The translations under genes and the position numbers were made by a program. Shown here piece after piece: positions 10,691 to 19,924 of a stretch of DNA of 64,000 nucleotides. The notes beneath the pieces were generated by a model. It was given only the letters and a program-made list of their open reading frames with translations, was not told the DNA's origin and did not search any database. How positions within the stretch are numbered: position 1 is the first letter of the stretch; each line of letters starts with the position of its first letter. Source of the stretch: Candidatus Atabeyarchaeum deiterrae. GTDB lineage: Archaea > Asgardarchaeota > Atabeyarchaeia > Atabeyarchaeales > Atabeyarchaeaceae. The stretch lies in the NCBI GenBank assembly GCA_037310415.1, contig CP147780.1, positions 2,496,001-2,560,000 of the forward strand, in the 5' to 3' direction.

Positions 10691-12239
10691 TGGCGCCCCC
10701 CGCTTCCTGAAACGTAATCTTCCCACTGATTAGCTTTCTGATTGTCGATGGCAACTCCTCCGCAGATGCTCGCACTTGTTTTGCGCTGTCTCTGTCTCTG
10801 ATGGTTACAGTGTTGTCTTCCAAGGTAGTATAGTCGACTGTAACAGCGAATGGAATACCGATCTCATCTGCCCTCGCATAGATCTTGCCCACAGATCCTT
10901 TCTCGTCGTACGTTACATCAAGACCATCTATCTTTAGCGCTCTGTAGATTTCTTTCGCCTTCTCAGGCAGCTTGTCTTTTCTCATTAGAGGGACTACTAT
11001 TGTGTGTATCGGGGCAATCTTCAGCGGGAACTGGAACCATGTCCAGTCACGGTCTCCTTCTCTAAAGCAATGCTCCAACACGCAGTAGGTTATCCGCTCG
11101 ACCCCGATTGAAGGCTCGATCACATGTGGAATTATCCGGTCCTTTTCATCAGGCAACATGACAGATAGGTCTTCTCCACTCGTCTTCCCGTGGCTCTTCA
11201 AGTCATAGTCGGTTCTATACGCGTTTCCAATGATCTCCTTCCATCCCATGCTGAGTTCAACTTCTGCGTCGATGTTTCCGCCAGAGTAGTGTGGAGTTTC
11301 CTCAGGCATCATATACCTAAATCTGAGCCTTTCGAAGGGGATCCCAAGCGTAGTGAAAAGCAGTGTCTCTTTCACAATGAAATAGGCAATATATTGGTTA
11401 GGCACGAGTTTTCTGTTGACCGCTTCTTGCGCTGTGACTTCGACAACTTCTCCATCCCCACCGGGTTCCTTGTTTTGTTTTTGTGCTTCCCTCGGGAGAA
11501 TTCTAATATGGATATTTTTCACTTCGTCGAATCTCGGGTGATTGTTAAGTTGTCTTTGGTCCACAAACATCTCGATCTCCATCTGTGTGAATTCGCGGAC
11601 CCTTATGACTCCTTGTCTCGGAGATATTTCGTTTCTAAAGACTCTACCTACTTGGGCAATCCCAAAAGGCAGTGTTCCTCTCATCGTGGGGAAGACCCGT
11701 TTGAATGCCGTGAAAATGTTCTGTGCGGTTTCTGGGCGTAAGAATCCTTGGTTAGCTTCTGCACCTATGCCAACCCCAAACATCAGTTGGAAAGGCTTGA
11801 CATCAGAAAGGTCTCCTCCACACTTGGGGCATTTTACCTTCTCTTTTCGAATGATTTCAGTCATCGCGTCAAACGGGACTCCCTCAACGTTCCGTCCAGT
11901 GACCTCTTCTATCAAGTGGTCTGCTCGGAAAACTTTCTTGCATTTCGTGCATTCAACTTTCGGATCGGTGAAGTGGTCAACATGTCCAGAAGCCTTCAGC
12001 ACATTATATGGAAGAATAGTTGAGCCCTCAATCTCATGGACATTGTCTTCAGATTTGACGAAAATCTCTCTCCAAGCATCAATTACTTTTCTTCTAAGAA
12101 GAGAACCGACTGGCCCCCAATCGTAGAACCCGGCCACGCCGCCATAGATCTCTGCAGTAGGGAAGAATATGGCTCTGCGTGCAGCGACATCGTTTATCTT
12201 TTCAGTAAGTGTCCTCTCTTTCTTGCTATCTGGAGTCAA
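10680..12239 (-). CDS. glyS: Glycyl-tRNA synthetase (archaeal/eukaryotic type)
   Basis: EIYGG..GFYDWGP, LRPETAQ, FRNEISPRQG..RVREFTQMEIE, VIEPSIG, C-terminal anticodon-binding domain; start set at TTG 12239 after GGAGGTTGA. Confidence 0.96.
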   Translation of the reverse strand: MTPDSKKERTLTEKINDVAARRAIFFPTAEIYGGVAGFYDWGPVGSLLRRKVIDAWREIFVKSEDNVHEIEGSTILPYNVLKASGHVDHFTDPKVECTKCKKVFRADHLIEEVTGRNVEGVPFDAMTEIIRKEKVKCPKCGGDLSDVKPFQLMFGVGIGAEANQGFLRPETAQNIFTAFKRVFPTMRGTLPFGIAQVGRVFRNEISPRQGVIRVREFTQMEIEMFVDQRQLNNHPRFDEVKNIHIRILPREAQKQNKEPGGDGEVVEVTAQEAVNRKLVPNQYIAYFIVKETLLFTTLGIPFERLRFRYMMPEETPHYSGGNIDAEVELSMGWKEIIGNAYRTDYDLKSHGKTSGEDLSVMLPDEKDRIIPHVIEPSIGVERITYCVLEHCFREGDRDWTWFQFPLKIAPIHTIVVPLMRKDKLPEKAKEIYRALKIDGLDVTYDEKGSVGKIYARADEIGIPFAVTVDYTTLEDNTVTIRDRDSAKQVRASAEELPSTIRKLISGKITFQEAGGAIKN

Positions 12240-12442
12240 TATGGAATCAACCTCCACAAGACCTCTCCGCGAAAGTGGTTTGCTTGATCTGCAGGCAATG
12301 TCTGAGTCCTGACGTATCGAATGACAATCCAATAGTCCCCAATTAGATGCTGGTTCTCAAGTTGATATGTTGGCAATATATTTTAATCTATTCTCTGCAT
12401 CAAGTGACGACGACCACATGATCAACGGAGGGTTATGCTAAA

Positions 12443-12787
12443 TTGAAAGTTTGGCTAGATGGAAGCTCAAAGGGTAACCCAGGTCCCGCGAAAGCGAGTG
12501 TCGTATTCGAAGACGGGGAGAAGATTAGCAAGGAACTTGGTGTAACGACCAACAATAGGGCCGAGTACAGTGCGCTCATACTTTGTTTGAAGATGGCCGC
12601 TAAGAAGGGTGTTAATGATCTGACAATCTTGACTGACAGCCAATTAATAGATGGTCATATCAACAAGGGGTGGAAAGTCAACGAGAACGGCGACTTGGTC
12701 AGTGAAGCCAAATCATTATTGAAGAAATTCAAACGTCCCAAGATCATTTGGATTAGAAGAGAAGAGAACAAGGCACATATTGATTGA
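12443..12787 (+). CDS. rnhA: Ribonuclease HI family protein
   Basis: DGSSKGNPGPA, TNNRAEY, TDSQL, WIRREEN. Confidence 0.88.
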   Translation: MKVWLDGSSKGNPGPAKASVVFEDGEKISKELGVTTNNRAEYSALILCLKMAAKKGVNDLTILTDSQLIDGHINKGWKVNENGDLVSEAKSLLKKFKRPKIIWIRREENKAHID

Positions 12788-12802
12788 AATTAGTGTTCGA
12801 AG

Positions 12803-13420
12803 CTAATCGACGAGTATGAGCGCATAGTTCGTCCAGTTCTCGTATATGCCAGTCTTTACATTTACGCGCCACCCTGTGTTCTTCACAGTCGAAAACATGT
12901 CAATTCCGAGGCTTTCTGGCGATGGTCGTGCTTCCGCCGGGTGTCTACATCTATCTCCTTGTCTAACACATTCTTCGCATCGAGTGCATATTCCCGGTTC
13001 CATTGAGAATGTCTTGTAATAACCTCTCAACATCAGTTCATTCTCGATCTTCAATGTAATATCGTTTACCTCGCTTTGCCGCTTGTTGAACTCCTTCATG
13101 AATCCCTCTGCGCCAACTTTTTCGGGAATTGGCGGCTGCTCGAACCGTACCAGCAGGATATTCCTGTATTCTGAGAGCATCCTCCTAACTTGCTCGATTG
13201 ACGGCGTGAATGGTGGGCACGTAAGTCTTCTACCATATTCAGGACACCCGTATTGGCATTTGAATCTCACCCACTCGCTCACGACGACTTCGCTTGGGTT
13301 TATTCGCTTGGCATCTGAAGCGCCGAGCTTCAAAGCAACATCAATGATAAGGTCATCATGTCTTGTGAAGTTCTGGCTATTCTTTCTGGTACTTCGGTGC
13401 TTCTGGGAACGCATATTCAC
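12803..13420 (-). CDS. DUF2284-like Cys-rich metal-binding protein
   Basis: KCQYGCPEYG..LTCPP, CTRCEEC, CRHP..ARPSPESLGID. Confidence 0.8.
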   Translation of the reverse strand: MNMRSQKHRSTRKNSQNFTRHDDLIIDVALKLGASDAKRINPSEVVVSEWVRFKCQYGCPEYGRRLTCPPFTPSIEQVRRMLSEYRNILLVRFEQPPIPEKVGAEGFMKEFNKRQSEVNDITLKIENELMLRGYYKTFSMEPGICTRCEECVRQGDRCRHPAEARPSPESLGIDMFSTVKNTGWRVNVKTGIYENWTNYALILVD

Positions 13421-13482
13421 GGCAGCTCCTTGAACAGGGAATTGAGATTCAAACGCTGGAAGAAGTATCTTATCGGTTCTGG

Positions 13483-14424
13483 CTAGGCTTTCTCGAGCAC
13501 GCTTTGTTGTAACCCGATGTCCTTTGGCTTTACGCCTTTGTTACGGAGGTTTGCAGCTTTTGCCTTTCCTTCAGGGTGCCCAAGCCCAGCGGCAACATCG
13601 TAGCAGTACAGTGCGTTGCTCTCTTTCTTCTGATCAGCAAATATGTCTCCAGTCAGTATCCACGTTGAGGAGGTATTGAATCTGACCACGGCTTTACGGC
13701 ATGTTTCAATTGCCTCTTTGTATTTTCTTGCCACTGCATGTGATAGTGCTAGGTCTTCCCATCTTCCGACATCATCTTGGTCAAGTTCAAGTAGCTTGGC
13801 TTTAGTCTTGATTGCTTTCTCGTGTTCTCCGATCGTAGTGTACATGATGGACAGTTTCTGCAGAATCGGCTCGGAATCAGGCTTAAGCCGAAGAGCTTTT
13901 TCCAAGGCTATGATAGCATTGTTCGGTTGACCCAGCTTCTCGCAAAAGAATGAGTAGCTGTACAGAAGATTGGGGTCATTAGGGGTCAGACCAAGTGCCT
14001 TTGCGTAGTATAGGTTAGCATCTTGAATCCTTCCAGATTTCTCGTAGGCACGAGCTGCCTTCCCCACTATTGACCGATCTTCAGGAGACTTCTGCTGCAA
14101 AGCAGTATAGGTTTCCACTTCCTTCTCAAAGTTAGCCGCTTTTGAATATGCGTCAGCGAGACCATTCAAGATGAGAATCTCTTGTTTCTTATCAGGAGAC
14201 ATAAGCAGAGCCTTGTCATAGCACTTGAGAGCTTCGTCGTGCTCACCCTTGCCACTGTAGGCATTTCCTAGGTTAATCAATGTCACAACATCTGTATTAC
14301 CTGACCTGATCTCTGCTTCATACTTCTCAATCACAGCAGCATAATCTTCATCGCCGCCTTTGCCTTCCCCACCACCCTTTGGGGACCTTCCTTCGTGAGG
14401 ACGAGCCTTTTCGACTGGATCCAA
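13483..14424 (-). CDS. Tetratricopeptide-repeat protein
   Basis: Repeated TPR units such as NLGNAYSGKGEHDEALKCYDKAL and AIIALEKALRLKP. Confidence 0.88.
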   Translation of the reverse strand: MDPVEKARPHEGRSPKGGGEGKGGDEDYAAVIEKYEAEIRSGNTDVVTLINLGNAYSGKGEHDEALKCYDKALLMSPDKKQEILILNGLADAYSKAANFEKEVETYTALQQKSPEDRSIVGKAARAYEKSGRIQDANLYYAKALGLTPNDPNLLYSYSFFCEKLGQPNNAIIALEKALRLKPDSEPILQKLSIMYTTIGEHEKAIKTKAKLLELDQDDVGRWEDLALSHAVARKYKEAIETCRKAVVRFNTSSTWILTGDIFADQKKESNALYCYDVAAGLGHPEGKAKAANLRNKGVKPKDIGLQQSVLEKA

Positions 14425-14553
14425 GCCGCTTCTCCCCTTCTACAACTTGCAGGTATTCACTCTGCTTAGTGTCAACAAATTCAGTTTGCAGCAGTCTGTT
14501 AGAGTGTGGCTATTATTATATAAAAAGAGGTAGATGAGTGTTGTGTTTTGCAC

Positions 14554-15432
14554 TCATGCGCCTTTGGCGATTCCACGGAATCCAAATGCGAGCGACAGGA
14601 ACGCAAACATCGTTAGGATAGGAATCGTTATCATCTTGAGAAATACGCCGACCCCGAACAATATCAGTGGTACAAGCAATGATGAGATGTCTGGAATGCC
14701 GCCGCCACCGCCGCCCAGCCCACTGATCAAGGTTGTTATGGCTCCTTGAAGGAGTGGGACAGCTATGAACAGTGCGACCATGGAGATTAGATTCATGATT
14801 GAGACCGTTAGAATGAGCCTTCCTCCGCGTGCTATTTTTCCATAGGTGTTGTTGATTTTGTTTAGTGTTTTCCGCGTGAAGAGTCCAAAGATGAAGAATG
14901 CGATCCCTTGAATCAGGAAGATTGTTACGAAACCGAAAAGCCCCAAGACGATGCTTCCGAATATGATTATGTTCATCGGCGATCCTGCTATAGCCATCTG
15001 GTCGAATGACAACATTATCGGGGGCAATAGGAAGAAGCGAACGTACAATGCAATTCCTGCGAAGAAGAAAGCTCCGAGTGCAGCCATGAACGCGCTTCCG
15101 CCAGATTCCTTGATTTTCATCCACAAAAGAATGAGTGCAATGCCCATGAAAATGAATGCCATGATGTCCAAATAGAATGTGAAACTTACGCTAGACGTAG
15201 AGGCACTCACGATGCCTAAGGCTTGACCGATGAGGTTGAATGGATCACTGAATCCGATTGTCTGAAATAGCCCAACGATGCTGTATATTGAGGATAATAT
15301 AAGGTAGACTGTGAGGGCGTTGACTATGAAGAGTACCAAACCTGCTGCTGCCCCAAAAGCGCCTGCGAGTCCTGCTCTTGTTCCAGCTCCGCCAACTGAC
15401 ACTACCTTAACATCTTTACCTGCTTTGGCCAT
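14554..15432 (-). CDS. Polytopic membrane protein, function unknown
   Basis: About 6 long hydrophobic segments; GGAGGTAAGGTGA SD-like sequence upstream. Confidence 0.75.
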   Translation of the reverse strand: MAKAGKDVKVVSVGGAGTRAGLAGAFGAAAGLVLFIVNALTVYLILSSIYSIVGLFQTIGFSDPFNLIGQALGIVSASTSSVSFTFYLDIMAFIFMGIALILLWMKIKESGGSAFMAALGAFFFAGIALYVRFFLLPPIMLSFDQMAIAGSPMNIIIFGSIVLGLFGFVTIFLIQGIAFFIFGLFTRKTLNKINNTYGKIARGGRLILTVSIMNLISMVALFIAVPLLQGAITTLISGLGGGGGGIPDISSLLVPLILFGVGVFLKMITIPILTMFAFLSLAFGFRGIAKGA

Positions 15433-15459
15433 TCTTGATTCACCTTACCTCCCTTGAGA

Positions 15460-16266
15460 TCACTTTCTCCGAGGACGTATCACCACAGCGAAGAGCACTG
15501 AGAGTCCAAAGAGGATACCCGCCGCTTCGAGCCAAAGAACTATGTCGCCACCGATGTTCCATGAGAAACTAAAGATGTTTGTGCTGTTCATGACCACTGG
15601 GAAACTGATAATGGACACACCTGGTAGAAATGAACCGATTCCCAACGCAGTGGCATTGATGGATAGTGCTTCCGCCATCAGTACATGCGTTTGAGTGTCA
15701 TAGTACTTCGTTACACCAATCGTTCCAATCATTGGAATTGGAATACTCAGATTGCCCGTATTCTTGACACAACTTCGGCCTCCAATTGAGAATGGTGAAG
15801 GCTGCATGCCAGCTATACTCTCAACCCACAATGTAGTATTGTGTCCATTCTGTTCCTGCATGAAGAGATCGAAATAGTGCGTCTGGATTACTTGGCTTAT
15901 GCTGAGGTCGATCCATTCGTACCCCCCCGGGGTTGAGGTATAGAGAGCCGAGGCACTCATGTTTGCCATGGTAATATTCAGTAGAGCGAGAAAAGCGAAT
16001 GAACCAGTTACGTATGCCGTAGTATCATTTGACTGTGGACCTACTTCCCAGTTGAACTCAACCATCACCAAGATCTTTATGTATGTTGGCTCACCAGGGT
16101 TTCCAAATTGTAGGTTGATTCCGCCTTGATACTTGGCGTATTTGCCGGAGCTGTTAGGAGGCTGCATCCATGAAGGAGCCCATCCACTTGCAGGTGCCAT
16201 AGCACTGAACCCAAGCAACGTTGCGATGAGAAGGATTCCCACGAATTTGTACTTGTTGCTGCCCAA
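15460..16266 (-). CDS. Secreted/surface protein with C-terminal membrane anchor
   Basis: N-terminal signal peptide, beta-rich body with N-x-S/T sequons, C-terminal TM plus basic tail RPRRK. Confidence 0.75.
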   Translation of the reverse strand: MGSNKYKFVGILLIATLLGFSAMAPASGWAPSWMQPPNSSGKYAKYQGGINLQFGNPGEPTYIKILVMVEFNWEVGPQSNDTTAYVTGSFAFLALLNITMANMSASALYTSTPGGYEWIDLSISQVIQTHYFDLFMQEQNGHNTTLWVESIAGMQPSPFSIGGRSCVKNTGNLSIPIPMIGTIGVTKYYDTQTHVLMAEALSINATALGIGSFLPGVSIISFPVVMNSTNIFSFSWNIGGDIVLWLEAAGILFGLSVLFAVVIRPRRK

Positions 16267-16399
16267 TTGACTTCTCTCACACCTTTTTTGATCTGATCTT
16301 CTACGCTAAGATTTATCCGTAGTCGGCAAATTTAAATGTTCTTTATAAAGAGAATACTGGAGCCAAGGTCGTTGCGAGGTCGGCAAAATGAGAGACGGG

Positions 16400-16425
16400 C
16401 GGCTACGCCATATTGGCGTAGACCG
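16400..16425. terminator. GC-rich hairpin immediately downstream of the Bet3-like gene
   Basis: CGG-CTACGCCA-TAT-TGGCGTAG-A-CCG inverted repeat, 3 nt from the stop codon; role inferred. Confidence 0.4.
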
Positions 16426-16428
16426 TTG

Positions 16429-16968
16429 CTATTTGGTGTTCGATTCAAGTCTTCTAACGCATCTTATCTCAGTGAGGCATGACGGTGCGCCAGCTGCCTT
16501 GCATTGTATTTCTCGTCCGATCCCTTCATAACCTCGTAGCGTTAGCACCTCTAGGAATACGCCTGCTAGAGTATTGCAGTATTTCAGGTCTTTTAGCTCG
16601 GGTGATAGTGTGATTCCTCGGCACAAGGGACAATCTTTGTCCTCATAGATGATTCTCTCTCCGTCTCCGTCGTTTAGATATGTGATTTTGTCGAACTCCT
16701 TGCCAAAGTTGTACTTGTAGGCTAGGTTGAGTGTGTTTTTGAATTCCTTGAATTCGGCCGCGTGCTGGCCGACTCTATCATGGAATCTGGCGAGAAGCTT
16801 TGGAGCTAACGACCTTCCTGTCTCCATGATACCTTCATTTGTTTTCGGTATGTCACCAGCGTTCATCTGGAGAAGCAGTTCAGTGACACTTCCGTACAGT
16901 GCTTGCAGAAGTGTCAGGTTGGCTTTCTCCGCCATGAATCTCCAAGCGATCTTACCTTTCATTCCCAT
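16429..16968 (-). CDS. Bet3/TRAPPC3-like (V4R/H-NOX superfamily) protein
   Basis: LLQALYGSVTELL, ETGRSLAPKLLARF, CPLCRGITL...LKYCNTLAGV, TEIR parallel the recalled Bet3 motifs LFTLTYGALV, MGFNIGVRLIEDF, NPLVDFVEL...LIYSNLLCGV, TEIR; also carries V4R-type Cys. Confidence 0.75.
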   Translation of the reverse strand: MGMKGKIAWRFMAEKANLTLLQALYGSVTELLLQMNAGDIPKTNEGIMETGRSLAPKLLARFHDRVGQHAAEFKEFKNTLNLAYKYNFGKEFDKITYLNDGDGERIIYEDKDCPLCRGITLSPELKDLKYCNTLAGVFLEVLTLRGYEGIGREIQCKAAGAPSCLTEIRCVRRLESNTK

Positions 16969-16976
16969 GGATATAG

Positions 16977-17843
16977 TTACCCCCTGAATACTTCTTTGAT
17001 TTCCACCTTACGGGCATTCTTGTATTTGTTTGCAACCTGGAGGGCGTCAAAATACGGTACGCCAAGCCTTCTGGCGATTTCGTTCAAGCTGAGGTTTCCA
17101 TCAAATAGCTCAAGGAACCTGCGATCTTTATCTGGGCATTTCTCCAAGACTTTCGGATCGGTTAGTACCGGTACCGTGACCCGTTCCATTGACTTCCGCT
17201 GTGCAGTGACTGGTGCAACAGCAACCGTGGACTGCGGTGCCTTAGGCTTCGGCTTCGTTTCCGGCTGTGGCGGTGGCTGTATTTTGGGCTCCGGTCTAAC
17301 CTGGGGTTGAATCTTCGGCTCGGGCTGAGCTTGTGGCTGATACTGAGTCTGCCGCTGTTCTTCTTGCGGTATCTGTGGTTGAACTGTATTAGATGTTTGA
17401 ACCTCTTCGACGACAGAGGATGACTCATTGTAGCTGGAAACCGTCTCCACTGTCGGATTTCTTGAACTCTGATCAGGTCCACTCCTTGATTCATCCATAG
17501 TTATGAGTTCATCTAATAGTCTACCAAACTTGTCAGCTACCCCACTCATCTTAGTGAGAACGATCCCCACTTTCTTGTCTGTCAAGGCGATTAAGATCGC
17601 CCTGTTGGAGATTCTTGAGGCTATGATTGTCTTTACGTTGTCCAAAGCCAGTGAGAGGTTGTCTCCCAGCCCCATAATCAGCATGCTATCGTAGAAGGGG
17701 GAGATTCTACTCATGGCAGGCCTGCTCAAGTCAGAATACAACACCTTGCCTGTGTTTGATATGAGAGCCATCTCAAGTACCGACGGGATTCCCAGGGTTG
17801 TTAGTTCCTTTCTTATGGCCTCAGACAGACTTGGTATGCTCAG
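16977..17843 (-). CDS. Roadblock/longin/profilin-like N-domain + Pro/Gln-rich linker + C-terminal winged HTH
   Basis: EMALISNTGKVLYSD hairpin and AILIALTDKKVGIVLTKM end are typical of that fold; FLELFDGNLSLNEIARRLGV wHTH; frame open to a CTG at 17843 preceded by GGAGGG. Confidence 0.65.
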   Translation of the reverse strand: MSIPSLSEAIRKELTTLGIPSVLEMALISNTGKVLYSDLSRPAMSRISPFYDSMLIMGLGDNLSLALDNVKTIIASRISNRAILIALTDKKVGIVLTKMSGVADKFGRLLDELITMDESRSGPDQSSRNPTVETVSSYNESSSVVEEVQTSNTVQPQIPQEEQRQTQYQPQAQPEPKIQPQVRPEPKIQPPPQPETKPKPKAPQSTVAVAPVTAQRKSMERVTVPVLTDPKVLEKCPDKDRRFLELFDGNLSLNEIARRLGVPYFDALQVANKYKNARKVEIKEVFRG

Positions 17844-18053
17844 GTGGCGACCCTCCGCTTGGTCATTGTCGATCCTGCTCGATGAATCAACTAAATCGTT
17901 TCGTCCTTATTGCCTTTTCTATATACGCAATGATAGTTGGTCTCCCCTTGCGACATTCTGAATTGACGAGGTGATATCTATCGCGTCGTTGTTAGGTTTT
18001 TGGTCTTGATTCTTCATGATTATCCCCGTTATCCTTAAATTCCTGTTGAAATA

Positions 18054-18067
18054 TATCGTATTAGATA
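18054..18067. promoter_or_regulatory. Putative PadR operator (TATC-N6-GATA)
   Basis: TATCgtattaGATA upstream of padR; same palindrome recurs twice upstream of the ABC genes. Confidence 0.6.
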
Positions 18068-18094
18068 CAGGGTTGCGCGGAGAGTGGACTGACG

Positions 18095-18658
18095 TTGGTA
18101 AGAGAGCCACATGCGGTTCCAAGAGGGTTGCTCAGATTCTATATTCTGAGGCTACTTGTGAACAAACCCATGAAAGGATATGAAGTAATCACTGATATCG
18201 AGAGCAGGACAGAAGGGATCTGGAAACCAGGACCAGGTTCGATTTATCCCATGCTCGAGTCACTTAAGAACGAGGGCTTAATAAAACCAGCTTCCGCTTC
18301 AAAGGGCAAAAAGACCCAGACGAGAGGAACGACGCTTCAGATTACAGAGAAGGGAAAGGAGTCACTTGCCGAGTTTAGACAGAATGTGACACACGGTATT
18401 ACTGCAAGATCAAGAAATCTCTTCAAGATTTTCATGGATTTGGCATACCCAGGCTTGGGGTTTGATGAGGTAGTTCTTGCTCAGCGCAGAAGAGAAATTG
18501 ATACGCTCAAGGAAGTGTTAAGCGATGACTACTGGAATACCGTTTCAGACGAGAAAAGAAGGAAGTTTCTTGATGCTTTCTCGAAAATAACTGAAGAGGA
18601 GCTTGAGATAGTCAAGAAAGAGTTGCTGACTGTTCGGAAGAAGGAGGATAAAGTTTAA
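18095..18658 (+). CDS. PadR-family transcriptional regulator
   Basis: RGLLRFYILRLL..PMKGYEV, WKPGPGSIYPML, ITEKG. Confidence 0.92.
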   Translation: MVREPHAVPRGLLRFYILRLLVNKPMKGYEVITDIESRTEGIWKPGPGSIYPMLESLKNEGLIKPASASKGKKTQTRGTTLQITEKGKESLAEFRQNVTHGITARSRNLFKIFMDLAYPGLGFDEVVLAQRRREIDTLKEVLSDDYWNTVSDEKRRKFLDAFSKITEEELEIVKKELLTVRKKEDKV

Positions 18659-18659
18659 A

Positions 18660-18687
18660 TATCTTATTAGATATATCGAATACGATA
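18660..18687. promoter_or_regulatory. Two tandem putative PadR operators overlapping a TATA-like box
   Basis: TATCttattaGATA (18660-18673) and TATCgaatacGATA (18674-18687); TTTAAATA at 18654-18661. Confidence 0.65.
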
Positions 18688-18733
18688 ATTCTGACTACAC
18701 AAAACAAAAAAAGTTTTAGGTCGTGTACACAAA

Positions 18734-19924
18734 ATGGCAAATGAGCATATACACTCGCATGCAATAGAAGCAAAGAACCTTACCAAAGTTTTCCCCGGAG
18801 GACTAAAGGCGGTCGACAATGTATCATTTGACATCAATGAAGGCGAAATATTCGGGTTCCTAGGCCCGAACGGAGCGGGCAAAACTACAACCATTATGAT
18901 GCTGATCACACTTACCAATCCAACAAGCGGAACGGCTACGATCTGTGGGCATGACATTCGAGAAGAAAGGGATGCTGTGCGTAACTGTATTGGCTATGTG
19001 AGTCAAGACACAGCTGTTGACGATCAGCTCACGGGACGAGAGAATATAATGCTCCAAGGAAGATTCTACCACGTGCCCAAAGATGTACTGCAGGAACGGG
19101 TTGACGAGGTTCTCAAGCTGCTTGAATTGAGCGACAGAGACAATGACAAAGTTGAGACATACTCCGGTGGCATGCGAAAGCGTCTAGATATCGCCGAAGG
19201 ACTAATTCACAGACCTGAAGTCCTGTTTCTTGACGAACCAACACTAGGCTTGGACATTCAGACGAGAGAGAAAATCCATGAGTACATCAGACTACTACAA
19301 GAAGAGAAGAAAATGACCATATTCATTACAACACACTACATGGACGAAGCGGACAAACTGTGCGACAGAGTCGCAATCATAGACCACGGACAGATAAAAG
19401 CCATGGATAACCCTGAGAAACTGAAAAGCGATCTCGGAGGGGAAATCGTCACCCTGAAAATCGCACCCGAGTCAAAAGACAAGGTGCAACAAACCATTGC
19501 AGAGATCAAGAAGCAACCATTCGTTCAGAACATTATAGAGACACAGAATGCGCCACAAATGAGCCCAGAGCAACTTGCAAAAATCGCTGAAATGATGAAG
19601 AAAGGTGGGGGAATGCCAGAAGGTTCCCCAGCAGGACCGGGTGCAGAAGCCATGAAATCTTGGATGGCAACGCAGTCAGCCAAGAAATCAAGCATTAACG
19701 GGGACAACGTCTACAATATCGTGGTGAAGGAAGGCGCAACAGCTATACCTCAGATATTCAAGGTCGCCGCACTCACTGGCGCTACGATAGAAAGTATCTC
19801 TACGAAAAGACCATCACTTGATGACGTATTCTTGTCTTTCACTGGCAGAGCGCTTCGTGAAGAGGAAGGCAGCCGAATAGAACACATAATGCAAACGATG
19901 AGAATGAGGAGGGCAAGACAATAA
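18734..19924 (+). CDS. ABC-2 exporter ATP-binding subunit (DrrA-like)
   Basis: GPNGAGKTT, YSGGMRKRL, FLDEPT, TTHYMDEA, PSLDDVF. Confidence 0.95.
   Translation: MANEHIHSHAIEAKNLTKVFPGGLKAVDNVSFDINEGEIFGFLGPNGAGKTTTIMMLITLTNPTSGTATICGHDIREERDAVRNCIGYVSQDTAVDDQLTGRENIMLQGRFYHVPKDVLQERVDEVLKLLELSDRDNDKVETYSGGMRKRLDIAEGLIHRPEVLFLDEPTLGLDIQTREKIHEYIRLLQEEKKMTIFITTHYMDEADKLCDRVAIIDHGQIKAMDNPEKLKSDLGGEIVTLKIAPESKDKVQQTIAEIKKQPFVQNIIETQNAPQMSPEQLAKIAEMMKKGGGMPEGSPAGPGAEAMKSWMATQSAKKSSINGDNVYNIVVKEGATAIPQIFKVAALTGATIESISTKRPSLDDVFLSFTGRALREEEGSRIEHIMQTMRMRRARQ

Noticed and set aside
11190-12287. Long plus-strand ORFs antisense to glyS, and similar shadow ORFs over aor, the helicase and the FAD oxidase
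   Set aside because: Fully overlap well-supported genes on the opposite strand and have no motifs
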